A stretch of 63,313 nt of DNA, the filler included, from Choristocarpus tenellus KU-1152 (Eukaryota > Protista > Phaeophyceae): NCBI GenBank assembly GCA_964200185.2. It is 10 parts of 10 records of this genome, joined end to end, with 100 filler letters (N's around TTAATTAATTAA, not from the genome) between each part and the next. Parts side by side here need not be neighbours in the genome. Positions count along the whole stretch, not along the records: positions 25,365 to 34,691 come from CAXNAD020003777.1; positions 34,792 to 39,136 come from CAXNAD020015001.1; 8 more parts are not named here. The stretch is one strand, 5' to 3'. Positions 25,265 through 37,821 of this stretch are shown here, piece by piece. The notes beneath the pieces are model-generated. The model saw nothing but the letters and a program-made list of their open reading frames with translations. It searched no databases and had not been told where the DNA came from. The stretch's first letter is position 1, and every line of letters begins with the position of its first letter. The position numbers were made by a program, and so were the translations under genes.

Positions 25265-25676
25265 NNNNNNNNNNNNNNNNNNNNNNNNNNNNNNNNNNNN
25301 NNNNNNNNTTAATTAATTAANNNNNNNNNNNNNNNNNNNNNNNNNNNNNNNNNNNNNNNNNNNNCCCACCCCCCTCCCCCCTGCCTATTCCCCATCTGTT
25401 TTCCACACTTGAGGGGACGGGGTAAAGTTGGACCTTAGAGGCAGGCTTGAGTTGTAGTGGACCACACTTGAGAGAGGATTAGACCTGTGTGCTGTGTTCA
25501 GTGAAGGGCACGACTATTGTTTGGGTGGCCTGGGTTTCCTTTTTGTGGGGGGAAATTGAAGCTCTGTTTCCTTTTTGTGAGGAAGTTGGCCCTCCTCCTT
25601 TATGTTGTCCTCAGCCTGTCCTGTGGTGTTTGGTGTGGGTGTAAGTTTTTTAGTGTGATTTTTGTTTTTTACGGTG

Positions 25677-26458
25677 CTGTATTTTATTCAAACTGTATTT
25701 TATTCAAACTGTATTTTATTCAAAATATATTTTATTCAAACTGTATTTTATTCAAAATGTATTTTATTCAAAATATATTTTATTCAAACTGTATTTTATT
25801 CAAAATATATTTTATTCAAACTGTATTTTATTCAAAATATATTTTATTCAAACTGTATTTTATTCAAACTGTATTTTATTCAAAATATATTTTATTCAAA
25901 CTGTATTTTATTCAAAATGTATTTTATTCAAAATGTATTTTATTCAAACTGTATTTTATTCAAACTGTATTTTATTCAAACTGTATTTTATTCAAACTGT
26001 ATTTTATTCAAACTGTATTTTATTCAAACTGTATTTTATTCAAACTGTATTTTATTCAAAATGTATTTTATTCAAACTGTATTTTATTCAAAATGTATTT
26101 TATTCAAAGTGTATTTTATTCAAACTGTATTTTATTCAAACTGTATTTTATTCAAACTGTATTTTATTCAAAATGTATTTTATTCAAACTGTATTTTATT
26201 CAAACTGTATTTTATTCAAAATGTATTTTGTTCAAACTGTATTTTATTCAAACTGTACTTTATTCAAACTGTATTTTATTCAAACTGTATTTTATTCAAA
26301 ATGTATTTTATTCAAAATGTATTTTATTCAAAATGTATTTTATTCAAACTGTACTTTATTCAAAATATATTTTATTCAAACTGTATTTTATTCAAAATGT
26401 ATCTTATTCAAAATGTATTTTATTCAAAATGTATTTTGTTCAAACTGTATTTTATTCA
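25677..26458. repeat. 16-bp satellite (~49 copies of CTGTATTTTATTCAAA and variants)
   Basis: Continuous tandem array with CTGT/ATGT/ATAT unit variants. Confidence 0.97.
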
Positions 26459-26615
26459 GGCACAGACCGAGGTTGTTTTTTCAATTCTCATCCGTTTTTT
26501 TATTTACAATGCGCTCCCCAGCCCTAACCTTAAAACCCACACCATCCCGCGCTCCTGTTCTTACTTTTTTGTTTTTTTTGTTAGGAATTACCTAGGTTTG
26601 TCTTTGATTCCTTAG

Positions 26616-27702
26616 GCGGCCTTGAAGTTGCTACAGCGGAGAGAACTCGAAGGCGTAGAGCTGTAACTCTGTCAAAGAAGAAAAATCTTGAGGCCATAGC
26701 CGCTGCTGCACCAAAACCTGCAGCGTTCCGGGCGGCTACGGTAGCTACATCTGCGTTGGAGGTGATAAATGAAGGGGAGGCATTTGTGGGTATTTGGAGG
26801 CATGAAGTAGACAGTTTTTAACTTGTATTGCTTGAGAGTGCTTGTCGTACTATGTTGTATGCTATTGATTTATTTATTGTGGGGGGAGGGGCTTGGTGGG
26901 AGTGGGGGGGGGGCTTGGTCTCGTGTGATGTTCCAGAGTGGGCTTTGATGTGTTGTTTGTGACAAGCAGTTTCATTGGATGGAAGAACGCCTTCTCAAGT
27001 TGAGGTGCTGTCTGCACAGGAGATTTTTTGTTGTTGTTTTTTTTTGTTCCAGAGAGGGTATTGTGCTGTCCTTGGAAGGTCCAAGAACATGTGTGTATAG
27101 TGAACTTTGGATTTGATTTTTTGTGGTACATAATGATGTTGATAGAGGCAAGGGTGTTAGTTTCATGTGAGTTGGGTGAAAGGAGGCAGTTTTTTCATGG
27201 TTGTAAGTTAATAATTCCGAGGAGGTGGATTGTTGTGGTTGACAGACAGCATAGTGATTTTGTAGACATTTTTTGTTTTTGTTTTTTAGTGTATGCAAAG
27301 TGCCAAGGATGATTGTGCCATTTCACATTGGATGCATTCATTGTCAGTACACATTATTTTTACATTGTATTGCGTTGATAGATTTGGATGTAAAACCATC
27401 TTAAGTCAATATATTTGCAAGTATCTCTTTTCAAACGGTTTTTAACTTCCGTATCTATCCAACGATTCTCGTACCTCTTTTTGTCACATATTTTATTTTT
27501 TGTGTTACAGGGAGCAAACGAGGAGGGGGAGGGGGATGTCAAGCCTGGGACAGGGCTGGCCCCTGGTGAGCTGCCTGCTCCACTCAAGCCAGAAGCCCTT
27601 GCTGGGGAGGAGGCTGAGGGGGGGCGGGGACTGCTTGTCCTGAGTGGGAGTAGGGCTGGTCCAGATGGGGGACGACAGCGAAAAAAGCTTGCAATCAATA
27701 TG
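26616..27702 (+). CDS. Two internal exons of an unknown gene
   Basis: Exons 26616-26761 and 27511-27702 have AG/GT borders and join in phase 0: ...GLEVATAERTRRRRAVTLSKKKNLEA...SALE-GANEEGEGDVKPG...RKKLAINM. Confidence 0.6.
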
Positions 27703-28999
27703 GTGAGATAGACTGGGGGGGGGAGGGGGGAGGGGTTGGATATCTTGTGGATGTGGAATTGTGGTAGTGGGATTATCTGAACCTATTCCAAGTCCTCACC
27801 CTAGGTCTCCTAAAAGGTCTTGGAAAGGGTGATGAGAATGGCTGGAGTATATTTTTGTTTTGTTTATGCTTTTGTTGAGGTGAAGATATTGACAGTTTTT
27901 ACTGGAATACACTTGATGTGGTTGGAGGGAACGGTTTTTGGGGGGGTATATCGTTGCATTTTGCAGCCCCTGACACATGCTTTTTGTATTTTCAAAGTGG
28001 GTAAGAAGGCTCACTCCCCACTGGGTAGATGAAGAACTGATCACTTTTTTGTGATAAATCAAATCAATGCACACAGTGAGGGACTTTGTGTTTTGTTGCA
28101 GTTCTCATCAGCGAGTGACGGTTGCCTTTTGTTTTGGAAGAAGTAGTGTTACCGTTTTCACGATATGTTAACATTTCGTTCTGAAGCATTGAATTTGGCT
28201 ATCCACTATTACCATTTTTAAAGGTTATTGTAGGCAGTGTTTCATGTTATAACTGTTTGGTGCATAAGACAGCATATTTTTTTTGGCACATAAGAACGAA
28301 CCCAAGATTCGAAAGGGTAACAGCACATTCTACATGTTTCACCATGTTTCACCGTTTCAACGTTTTTTATTCTCTACGGTAGGATAATGTTTTGTCCAGG
28401 GTGAAACAGCACATGTTACTCGACCCTTCACACATGAGAAGTAGTGAAACATTCAAACTCAAGCGTTGTGTTAAGCGACAGTTATTGCCAATTCAAGACA
28501 TGCTCTCTACAGCGGCTGTTCACATTTCTGTTGGGATGTTGTTGTAACAGGTCGATTTGCCGGAGCTGGTGCCTGATGTTCCTCGGTGGAAGAAGCCCCG
28601 AACCAGAGGTCGTGGCAGGGGTCTTCAGCGAGGGTTTTCAGGTCTTCAGCGAGGGTTTTCAGAACACACATTGAGTGGCACTGTCAGGGGGGGGAAGGAT
28701 GATCCACCTGGGGGAGCTAAGGGAGTTAGAAAAAGGTTTAGAGTAGATGTGTGTGATGACAACTCTAACTCTACGTAGCAATAAACATATTGAATTCTAC
28801 ACACTTCAAGGAGGGGGGGGGCTTTTGTTCCATTTTGTGGGTGGTTCACTCCATGGCTTCACTGTGGTTAATCGATGTAGTTGTGGATGTTGAAGGGTAG
28901 ACTGTAAATTCTTGGGATTTTCTGGTAGTGTGGATTTTTTTGTTGTGTGTGTGTTTTGTGATGGTGGTGGTGGTGGGATGATGTTGGTATTTTTCTCAG

Positions 29000-30010
29000 T
29001 TTGTGGCTTTGTTGGAGGAGTCTCTGCATCTTGCCTCCCTACAATTGGCTTATTGAACATGTAAAGGAGAAAAAGTTGTCATGTGGAGTAAGTGGAGGGG
29101 TGGGGGGAGGAGCAAACAATTGGACAACTATTAATCCTATCTGTGAACAGCCAGATCAACGCCACCCTCATTATACCTTGATTGACCCAAACACTTTCGT
29201 GTATATTTGTAGTTTGGGCTGCCCAATTTCTGTATCTTCTTGGACAAGGGTGGCTAACATGCAATACGGGCATGGAGATGTTGAGGGTACTCCTTGAACC
29301 CACTCCTTGAACATAGAACTTTTATGGAGAGCTGATTTTGAGCTTGGAAAACATTTGAAGACTGTTTGAGTGTTATCCCAGAAGGGAGAAGAAGGTAAGA
29401 GAAGGAGCAGTCGTTGTGCTGAGCCAATCCCCATCCCAATACCCTGTCTTCTGTTGGCATTCCCACGGCTAAAAGAGAAGGGAGGGAACTAGACAACATA
29501 CAAAACGATGAATCTTTGCAGCTGTGTCAGAGGGGAGGTGGTGGGAGTAGCTTTTTGCAGCAGTTTTGATCTCTTGTCAGGGTCACTGGACTCTAATTGG
29601 TCCAATTTTTTTGGCAGAGCCCCCCCTACAAATTGCTCTCCATAATTGTAGATAGCACAACAAAATATTTTTGTTTTTTATATATATACATTGATTGATT
29701 GATCCTTCACACTCACCCAGTGTAGAGGAGCATCCTTGTAGCCCAGTGGTCACAAGATAAGTTTAGGGGAATGGCAGGTGGGAGTAAGACTGATGTTTGT
29801 GATTGTAAGTGGACTGTCTGTCTGTAGTCCACTCAGGTTCACCCAAGTTAACTTGGGCTAGGGGTTGCATGTATCCAGGCTGTATGGTCAGGGGCAGGCC
29901 ATCCAATGTCACAAGTGAGTCAAACCAACTTAGAGGTGGGCAGGGTTGTATTTTAAGGGTCCCAAGAAAGGCAAAAATATTGTATTTTGTATAATTCCAG
30001 AAGGAGCCTT
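29000..30010 (+). pseudogene. Possible piggyBac-like transposase C-terminal remnant
   Basis: Broken frames contain GGV...DQ...HY and FCIFLD...AIRAW, followed by RGCMYPGC...NVTSE...CIL...YF. This resembles the piggyBac catalytic end and Cys-rich tail, but is highly degraded. Confidence 0.3.
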
Positions 30011-31246
30011 TCATTGCTGAATTGTTAAGTCAAAGTAAACAAGGGGTAACCAGGTTTTGGATGTTTTGCATTTTGAAGACTGTTTAGAGTACTGAAAAGG
30101 TTCAAACTTGCCTACCTTTCAATTGTTTTAGCTTAAGTTTGTTGTGGAAAGCATGTTTGCCTGCTATTATACCGTTTTTGATGTATGCCATACACTGTTA
30201 TACCGTGGTACCGATTTTGAGGTTCCCAGTCAAGTGTCTATGATTTCACTGACAGACTTTCTGTCAGAATGTCATACATGGAAGATCCACTTTATTCCCA
30301 CGTCTTGACTGATGATGAAGCCCCATCTTTGATGTTGCTCATCACTCCTAAGTTTGTACTTGGCCAACCTTAACTTGACCCTTGGTCACGGTTCGTCCTT
30401 GTTCATCTGGTCCATCTTACCCGGTGATTCTCTTCACCACCCTTCCTTGCCTGAGTGAACCACGCCGCCACAGAATCACACGATTCACAAAGTGAGTATT
30501 ATTAATACAACTGCCTGACTAAGACTGATAAATGGCTTGTTAGGAAGGTGGAAGAAGACAAAATTTCATCGAACTCCCTGTATGAGCATATTGAGGCCCT
30601 GGTTGCCAAGAGTGTCACAGAGGTCCCCTTATAGACCCCACTCCTAGGATATAGAAATGATCAGGCGTGCCCTGTTGGTCGTGTGTCCTGGGAGTGGATA
30701 GGGAATTGTGATGGTAGTAGTTGTAGCGTTAGGGACAAGAATAATACTTCAGTCGAGTCTCTTGTTCCTTCTGGAAGATATTTTTGTGAGGTTTACGTGT
30801 GCAGCAATATAGGTTGATTACAGAGTCTGTTCATGACATGGGAAGTGACTTGTGTGGTCCTCAAGAAACTCTTGTACAAGACTATTATGTACAGGGTTTC
30901 TTGATAATGTCCAAGTATCGGTCCCGACTCAGAGATACGAGGTATTGATATATTCCAAATCGAAGGTTTCAACAACGATCTCGATTATTCTTCGGTTTGG
31001 AACTGAATCATTAGACTTCAATCGAATTGGTGCAAATTATGGAGGTAATTATCCCTTTTTTTTTCTCATAAAGTGATGAAAAAATGAAACTGTTTTTTTC
31101 TTTCTCTCGACATCATATTATGGGTTTTCATCTTATACACACCACCTGATTCGTCTCTCGTCAAGTGATAGATACACTATATTATCTGGGCTCAAGGAAA
31201 AGTCCTATCGGAAGGGAGCATATCCTGCCTTCTTACCTTGTAATAG

Positions 31247-32500
31247 ATGAGGGAAAACCACAAACATATTTTTTCTGTAATGGGTCGACTCATTTTTTCA
31301 ATTGGCATCATTACTCTTTTGGGTACTACTCATTGCACGGCCTTGCCATGCCACTTGCTTGAGTCAAAGGTGGTCAACTTCGATTCTGTGCAATGCATCA
31401 ACTCCACCCCATCATCTTGTTACCAGGTGATTCAATGAAGTTCTTGTTTGGGATTAGAGTTTTAGGAGACCAAGCATACCGCCCGAAGTTGTCACGATGT
31501 TCAGAGACGCAACCTTAGAGATACATCTAAGATATCTTCATTTTCTCACCCTTCTCCCCTGCTCCAGGATATTCCGTTTGCCCTTCCAGATACCTTTTCG
31601 AGTCACCTCGTCACAATCGAGTCACAGATTGATTTCTCCGAGGACGCTATTGAATGGGAAGGGTTGTTTTTGGTGTACAAGAGACCAGAGATCGAAGATG
31701 TAAGTATATCATGCTTCGCAACTTCAAGAGTGGCTTGTATATATCCCTATGGTATGACTGGATCTGGTACCTAGACAAATATCCCTACTTCGAGATAAAG
31801 ACAGGTCCAAGAGGCCAAAGTTAACAGGACATCGATATCATGCTTCTGTTGTGCATTCCTGTCGTTTCAGAATCGTGGTGAAGGCTCGCAGAGTAGTAGC
31901 GTCGAAGCGATGAAAGTGCAGGAACCTGATCTAGACGTTGCAGCAGCCGACAAGAAAAAAATGGTTATCCACTCCCTGGAGGGAGCAGTTACCGAGATCA
32001 ACTCTGCGAATGATGACCTCATAAAGACATTGAAGAGACAGCTGGATATCACGGTCTTCTATAGTGATTTTACCTCTCTACAGTTTGTTGATGACGACGT
32101 AGAGCTTCAGGTGAGCACGGTTGAAACTTGTCTAGGGGTGGGAATTTTTCGAGCAAAGGGAGCAAGAGACTAACGGCGAAATGTTTCTCTAAACCTAAAT
32201 TCAGTGCTATCTATATTTCACCTCAACGAAGTCACCTTATGACCACTTCACCTCGTTCTTCATCCCTTCCAGCTCTATCATTGCTATGAGGATACACCGG
32301 TTGACATGGGGACCACATCCAGGTCCATAGATTTCGATTTGAACGTCATCAGTCGTTCCCTCCAACACACGGAACAGTGCAACCCTTCAGATGGAGGCGA
32401 TCAGTGGTGCCGAGAAGCCATCTCGGATAGAGAGACTGATGCACTAATGCGCCAGGCAAGGTCCACTTTCCCCCTGTCGCCAGAAAGTTGGTGGCCATGA
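31247..32500 (+). CDS. Unknown, probably secreted protein (~259 aa), 4 exons
   Basis: Exons 31247-31426, 31568-31699, 31871-32110 and 32273-32500, all phase 0 with canonical GT-AG. The N-terminus has a hydrophobic signal-like segment MGRLIFSIGIITLLGTTHCTA. Confidence 0.7.
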
Positions 32501-32851
32501 TCTACCTTTACAATAACATATCAAACATCATCTGGACCCATGGGTCTATCTGTTCACTTGACACTTTGACTCGTGTCACAACAGTATTAGTACCTATGCA
32601 CTCCACACTGAACGAGAACTGCCTCACTGTGTTGAACAACCATTTCGAACCATATGGGGCTGCAACAGCATAACCGAAGTTGGATAGTCAGAAGCTGATC
32701 AAAGTTGATTAGTTAATAGGTTGGCAAAAAGTTACATTCTCATTTGTGATGATTTTTTCCGGTATAAACCTGATGCTGCTATATTTTCTTCACCTCTCTC
32801 CATGCTACGCCCTTTGTGATGGTGCTATGGATGAACTGTACTGCTGTGCAG

Positions 32852-33369
32852 GGAACTGAGATATATTGTTCAAAGGAATGCCTTGTTAGAGGAGGTAAGA
32901 CATTGGTGGATATCATTACATGAGCAGAGAGAAACCAGCAAGAATTTCCATTTAGTTGCAGAAGAAGATGCAAAGTACCTCACCACAAAACAGAATTCCA
33001 GATCCTGGTGCGTATTAGGTCATCACCACTACCCACCCTCTCATCCTTAAGTCAACATCTGAGCCTTATCAAACAATAGAATATATCAGCAATTCCCTCT
33101 CACCAAATCTTCTCCTGGCCATCTACACGAAAGTTTACCTGGTCAACTGCTTTGTGAAATATATATCAAAGGTAACACTGCTCCTCTTTCTCTTTCCTCC
33201 AGCCCTGTGGTGCAACATTTTTGGCAAGGGGGCATGTCGCATGTGCAGTGATGATTGCGCTGACTTCTGCGGTGATGACAACCTTGGTTGCATGTGCCAC
33301 CAGTGTCCAGTGGATGGAGTGGAGAAAGTGTCTTGCACTGTTGGATATGATGATACTTGTTATGAGCAG
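32852..33369 (+). CDS. Cys-rich exon pair (extracellular-type module)
   Basis: Exons 32852-32894 and 33203-33369 join in phase 1: GTEIYCSKECLVRGALWCNIFGKGACRMCSDDCADFCGDDNLGCMCHQCPVDGVEKVSCTVGYDDTCYEQ. Confidence 0.55.
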
Positions 33370-33424
33370 GTGACATGAGATGTTTCAATCATTACATGGA
33401 GATTCACTTATTCACCCAAACACA

Positions 33425-33683
33425 GAACCAAAGTATCTCAGAGGGTAGAGCCGTGTCCATTTGGGGACCAAAATCCAATGTTGTGATTTTGATGTAACTT
33501 TGGCCATCGTGTTCGTTAGGAAGTGTCAATATCCATGTTCCGCACACACCTGTTCATAACGTATACACTTTACCTTCTTCGAATTTGTTTTTGAGTAGGA
33601 AAACATCATTAATAAACCCATGGAAAGCCAAGCCCAAATGGACAAACAAGGCAAAACTCGTACCCTTATAGATACTTTCACTC
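33425..33683. mobile_element. MITE subfamily A, full length
   Basis: GAACCAAAGTATCT...AGATACTTTCACTC, with interior homologous to the other copies. Confidence 0.87.
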
Positions 33684-34639
33684 ACACACCCCTCCAGATG
33701 AAATAGGAATTACATTCCATTTTTCTCAATATTGCAGAAGGAACAAGAGCTACCTCAATCATGACATGTACAAACAATAGTCAATATTTAGGGGTCTGCT
33801 TTCCATTGGGCACTTGGGTGAGGTTAAAGTTCAAGGAAACTAATCTGGTACAAGAATAGTATATTCTATTAAGTTCCCTGCTTTTTCTCAATAGTGCCAG
33901 CAGGTGTGCCCTGAACCTCAAAGTATCCCACCCGTCCTAGGTATTGAGTGTATGTGTGTGTTTTGAGTGTTCTGGTGTAGCTTGTCAAGTGAATGAGAGC
34001 ATGCCTGCAAGTGGATTGAGAGACTTGGGTAAGGAACATCACCCAGCAGCAGTAGTACTATTTGGGTCCCATTGGATCAATGGGTTCTGCAGCACAGATG
34101 ACACACAACCACAGCTCCATCAAGAGAGCAAACGACACGAAACCTACTGTGTTCTTCTCAGTGGTGGACTCAAGACTATTGTGTTGAGGCCAATGGAAGC
34201 TCACTCCCTAGAACACCACACTGCCAATGTTCACCTGAATGTGTGATCACAATGGTGTACAACAGTATTCCACGCATTGTATCTTTGAAAAAATTCAATC
34301 ACTTGTTGAGAAATTGTTAGGTATGTTTCTATTAATATTTTTGAAGTGTGGCATGCATGTTGTTGTTAAAGTGCTCGGATGTGCATTTATAGCTGCTTTC
34401 TCGACCTTGCAATACTTAAGACTGCAATACATTTCCGTTCTATCCTTCAGATTCGGGACACGGACAAGGAGGCCTTGGATCGCAGGGGTGTAAAATTGTC
34501 CTGCCAGGCTGAGTGCCTTCGTTCTGGTGGCCTATGGTGCAAGGCTTTCGGTATTGATGGGTGAGCATGCGCTACAAGATGACTTGGTACAGTGACTGAG
34601 TCAAACAATGTACCTTGCAACACTTACACTGTGTGTTGT

Positions 34640-34691
34640 GAGCCAAAGTCTCCTAGAGGGGGGGGGTTATCACATGGGGCCTCTGGAACTG
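34640..34691. mobile_element. MITE terminus with poly-G at contig end
   Basis: GAGCCAAAGTCTCCTAGAGGGGGGGGG. Confidence 0.6.
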
Positions 34692-34791
34692 NNNNNNNNN
34701 NNNNNNNNNNNNNNNNNNNNNNNNNNNNNNNNNNNTTAATTAATTAANNNNNNNNNNNNNNNNNNNNNNNNNNNNNNNNNNNNNNNNNNNN

Positions 34792-34858
34792 CCGAGGGAA
34801 GCCAAGCCCCAAATGGACAAACAGGGCAAAACTCGTATCCTCTTAGATACTTTCACTC
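34792..34858. mobile_element. MITE subfamily A terminus at contig start
   Basis: CCCCAAATGGACAAACAGGGCAAAACTCGTATCCTCTTAGATACTTTCACTC. Confidence 0.88.
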
Positions 34859-35723
34859 CAATTTGAGGGAACTCCTTAAAAGGTTGTCCTCTACAGGGTT
34901 GGAAACCCAAATTTTATTCATAGTGGAATAATGTAATATAAAAAAAGTAAAATTGAATCATGTTGATATCCCATAAATGTTTATGTGGCCAATTTGAAGG
35001 AGTCCGCCGTTGAAAGGTTGTCCTCTACAACACTCCCTCTAGTGTTTAGTTGTCGTCAATGCTAAGACACCTTCCTGTTGTAATCGGGGTACAGGTATAA
35101 TTTCCAGATTTGGCGGAATGGTATGTCTATGAAAGAAAATGATGACAGCATGTACTCAAGACTGCATACCATTATCGGTATATGTGAATAGTTGGCAGAC
35201 CGATCCGCCGAAATCCCCAATATCTAATTGCCAGAAATTTCCCAATCTGACCAGGAACAAGGTCGGCCCAAAGACTTTTTGGTTAAATGTGGTTGTAAAT
35301 ATAGCGATCTCTTTGTACTTCACGATTTAAAGATGTGCTTTGTCATACAATTTTGGACATCCTGTCTGTGTACCCCTTATTTATTTGCGTTGGGTTCATG
35401 GAAACGAAGTGAGTCGCTTAAAGCATATTACTGCCAACACTCAGCCCTGTTGCCATATCCGACCATTTCGTCAGACTTGAGCTATACTATGGATTATTAA
35501 TTTGTAACTTTGTGAACTGCCGCTCAAAGGAGTACTACTACTTATTTTTGGCTTACTGAATAACTATTAACCACATACTCTGGATACAGATTCTTTTGGG
35601 GGGGGGGGGGCAGGGTTAGGGCTTGGTCGGGGTTGTCAAGCTTTTGTTTCGTGTTGTACTATGCATATAGTACGATATAATATGTATGATAAAGAGACGT
35701 CGAACTAGTTGAGTGTTCAAGAG

Positions 35724-35738
35724 TTACTGCTGCTGCTG

Positions 35739-35772
<34 letters not shown>
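35724..35772. repeat. (CTG)n(CTA)n microsatellite
   Basis: Direct observation. Confidence 0.9.
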
Positions 35773-36487
35773 ATTTATTTGTGTCGTGATGACACCCAAG
35801 CCTGACAAAAAATGCAAAGACCGACAACCACCAAAGCAGAGTTCCCTGGATTGTAGACTTTAGTTGATCCTTGTTACATTACATAATGGAATCGACTGTA
35901 GTCTTCACAACCATACATAGATAGTGATCACCAAGGAATCAAATCAAGACCCTGAACAAAACATCAAAATGGACTGTACCATTAGGAACATCTGTGGTGT
36001 GTCACTCAATATTTGACACTTCTATCCATCTAAAATTTTAAGGCGATTCTCTCATCGCCAAAAAATGGGTGTCTGTTGATAATCTATCCAAATTGAAATG
36101 GAAGTGAATGTGGTATTTTTTGTCTTCACATACATGTCCTTTCATAATAAGCGCTATTATTGAACAATAGTGTTGTGGAAAAAGGGACAAAACGACCCAA
36201 CTGACCAAGGATCAATGGTCGATGGAGATGTCCAAACAAAAGGGGGAGGACAGAGACAACAGGAGGGAAGGGTTTCGATTGATGGTGACCACACTCAAAG
36301 TGGAGGATATCAGTCAGTATGACAAGAGTGACAAACGACTACATAGAGTTTACTACAACATCAAAATTTACCTTAATAAAATCGCGCTTCACGCGCGACG
36401 TTTTGCATGACGTCATGCGCCAGCCTCCCAAATCGTTCAATAGCCACAACGTAGGGATCACCACATCCCAACAACCACACCGTTATC

Positions 36488-37821
36488 ATGGCGAACGAAG
36501 CTGTGATCGTGGTCGGCTTCGGGGTTATTCTGGCCTTCTTGATCATAGGAATATTTTTGACCTATGTCCAAAGGATCAACGCGCCTAACAGAGCTGACCC
36601 AGGCGGTGTTCCTGTCGAGATTGACATTGGCACAGCGCTGGCTGAGGACAAGAGGGCAGCAGTTTGGAAGATGACCGGTGACAAGATGAAATCGATCGCA
36701 GCTGGGGAGGCAGAAGTGAAGGTAGAAACGGCATTTAAAGAGGATAACACCATTGTTGAAATGCTAGTGATAAGCTTAGTTCTAAGTATCCACAATACTG
36801 ATAACCAACCCACACTTCCTCTGTGAAGGTGACTTGCTGCAACATGATACTTCCCACGTCTTCTTACGCACGAGCTGTGGTCCGGCATGCCAGCTCAAAG
36901 CGTAAGAGCCTCCGTGTCCTCATGGAGGAGGGTGGAGCGAGGTGGGAGGCACGATGGGCACGCCTCTCCCCTGAACGTCGCCGAAATCTCCTACACTCTG
37001 TGAGGGGCGAGGTCTTGCATGCCGTGTCATCCTACATCGGCAAGGACGACTTGTTGTTCAGCATCCTGTGGTGCGTCAGGTCATCTTTTTTTAATTTTTC
37101 TATTGAAAACATATCAAGGCTTGCGTAAAGCTGATTGATATCTTGTGTGGTAACAATCCCAACCCACCATCGTTGGCCGGTCCTCGAACCTAAGGGAGAT
37201 TTTCTGGCTGACTTTAGCGCCGTTGCCAACCCTTTTCGAGTGTACACTCCAATCCATGGAGCCTAAGCCGCTCTTCCCTGTACGCAGTCTTCTTCCCCCG
37301 CCTGTCGCCGTCTCTCTCCCCTTGTCCCATTCTTGTTCCCCATACCTTACCGTCCCTCATCCTCCCGCCCTACCCTTCTTCCCCTCCAATACTTTCAAAA
37401 CCAAAGCCCTGAACTGAATATTGAAGTTCTCCTTGGTGAGCACAAAGGGGTCACTGGCCTCTCTCGCCTGGTGCAACTGTGCCTTAGTGACAGGTGGTTG
37501 GACCCCAAGACCAAGGCTTACGCTGCTGTGCAAGCGGCCCTTATAAAAGCCGCTGTTGAGAGAGAGACAGGAAGTGTTGATGCAGTGGAAGCCACACATG
37601 TTGGGGGGAGGGGTGGGGGCTGTTCTGCATTGGTGTCAACATCAAAAACTGTGCCTATTGGTGCTGAGAAGACAATGGATAGAGTTAGGAGCAGGGCTGC
37701 TGTTAAGGAGGATCTAAGGGCGCTAAGGGCATTCCCATCAACTTTCAGGAAGTTATGCCTTTGTGCTTTTTCTGCAAGGTGCGCTGAACGTTTTATGAGA
37801 GGCATAATACAAGGGATTTGA
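36488..37821 (+). CDS. Unknown protein with N-terminal transmembrane anchor (296 aa), 3 exons
   Basis: Exons 36488-36721, 36829-37070 and 37407-37821 join in phases 0 and 2 to a stop. Hydrophobic segment AVIVVGFGVILAFLIIGIFLTYV. Confidence 0.75.

Noticed and set aside
25517-26615. Three long ORFs (336, 317 and 220 aa) of a repetitive YFIQTVFYSNCILFK protein
   Set aside because: They are a by-product of a stop-free 16-bp satellite that is open in all three frames.
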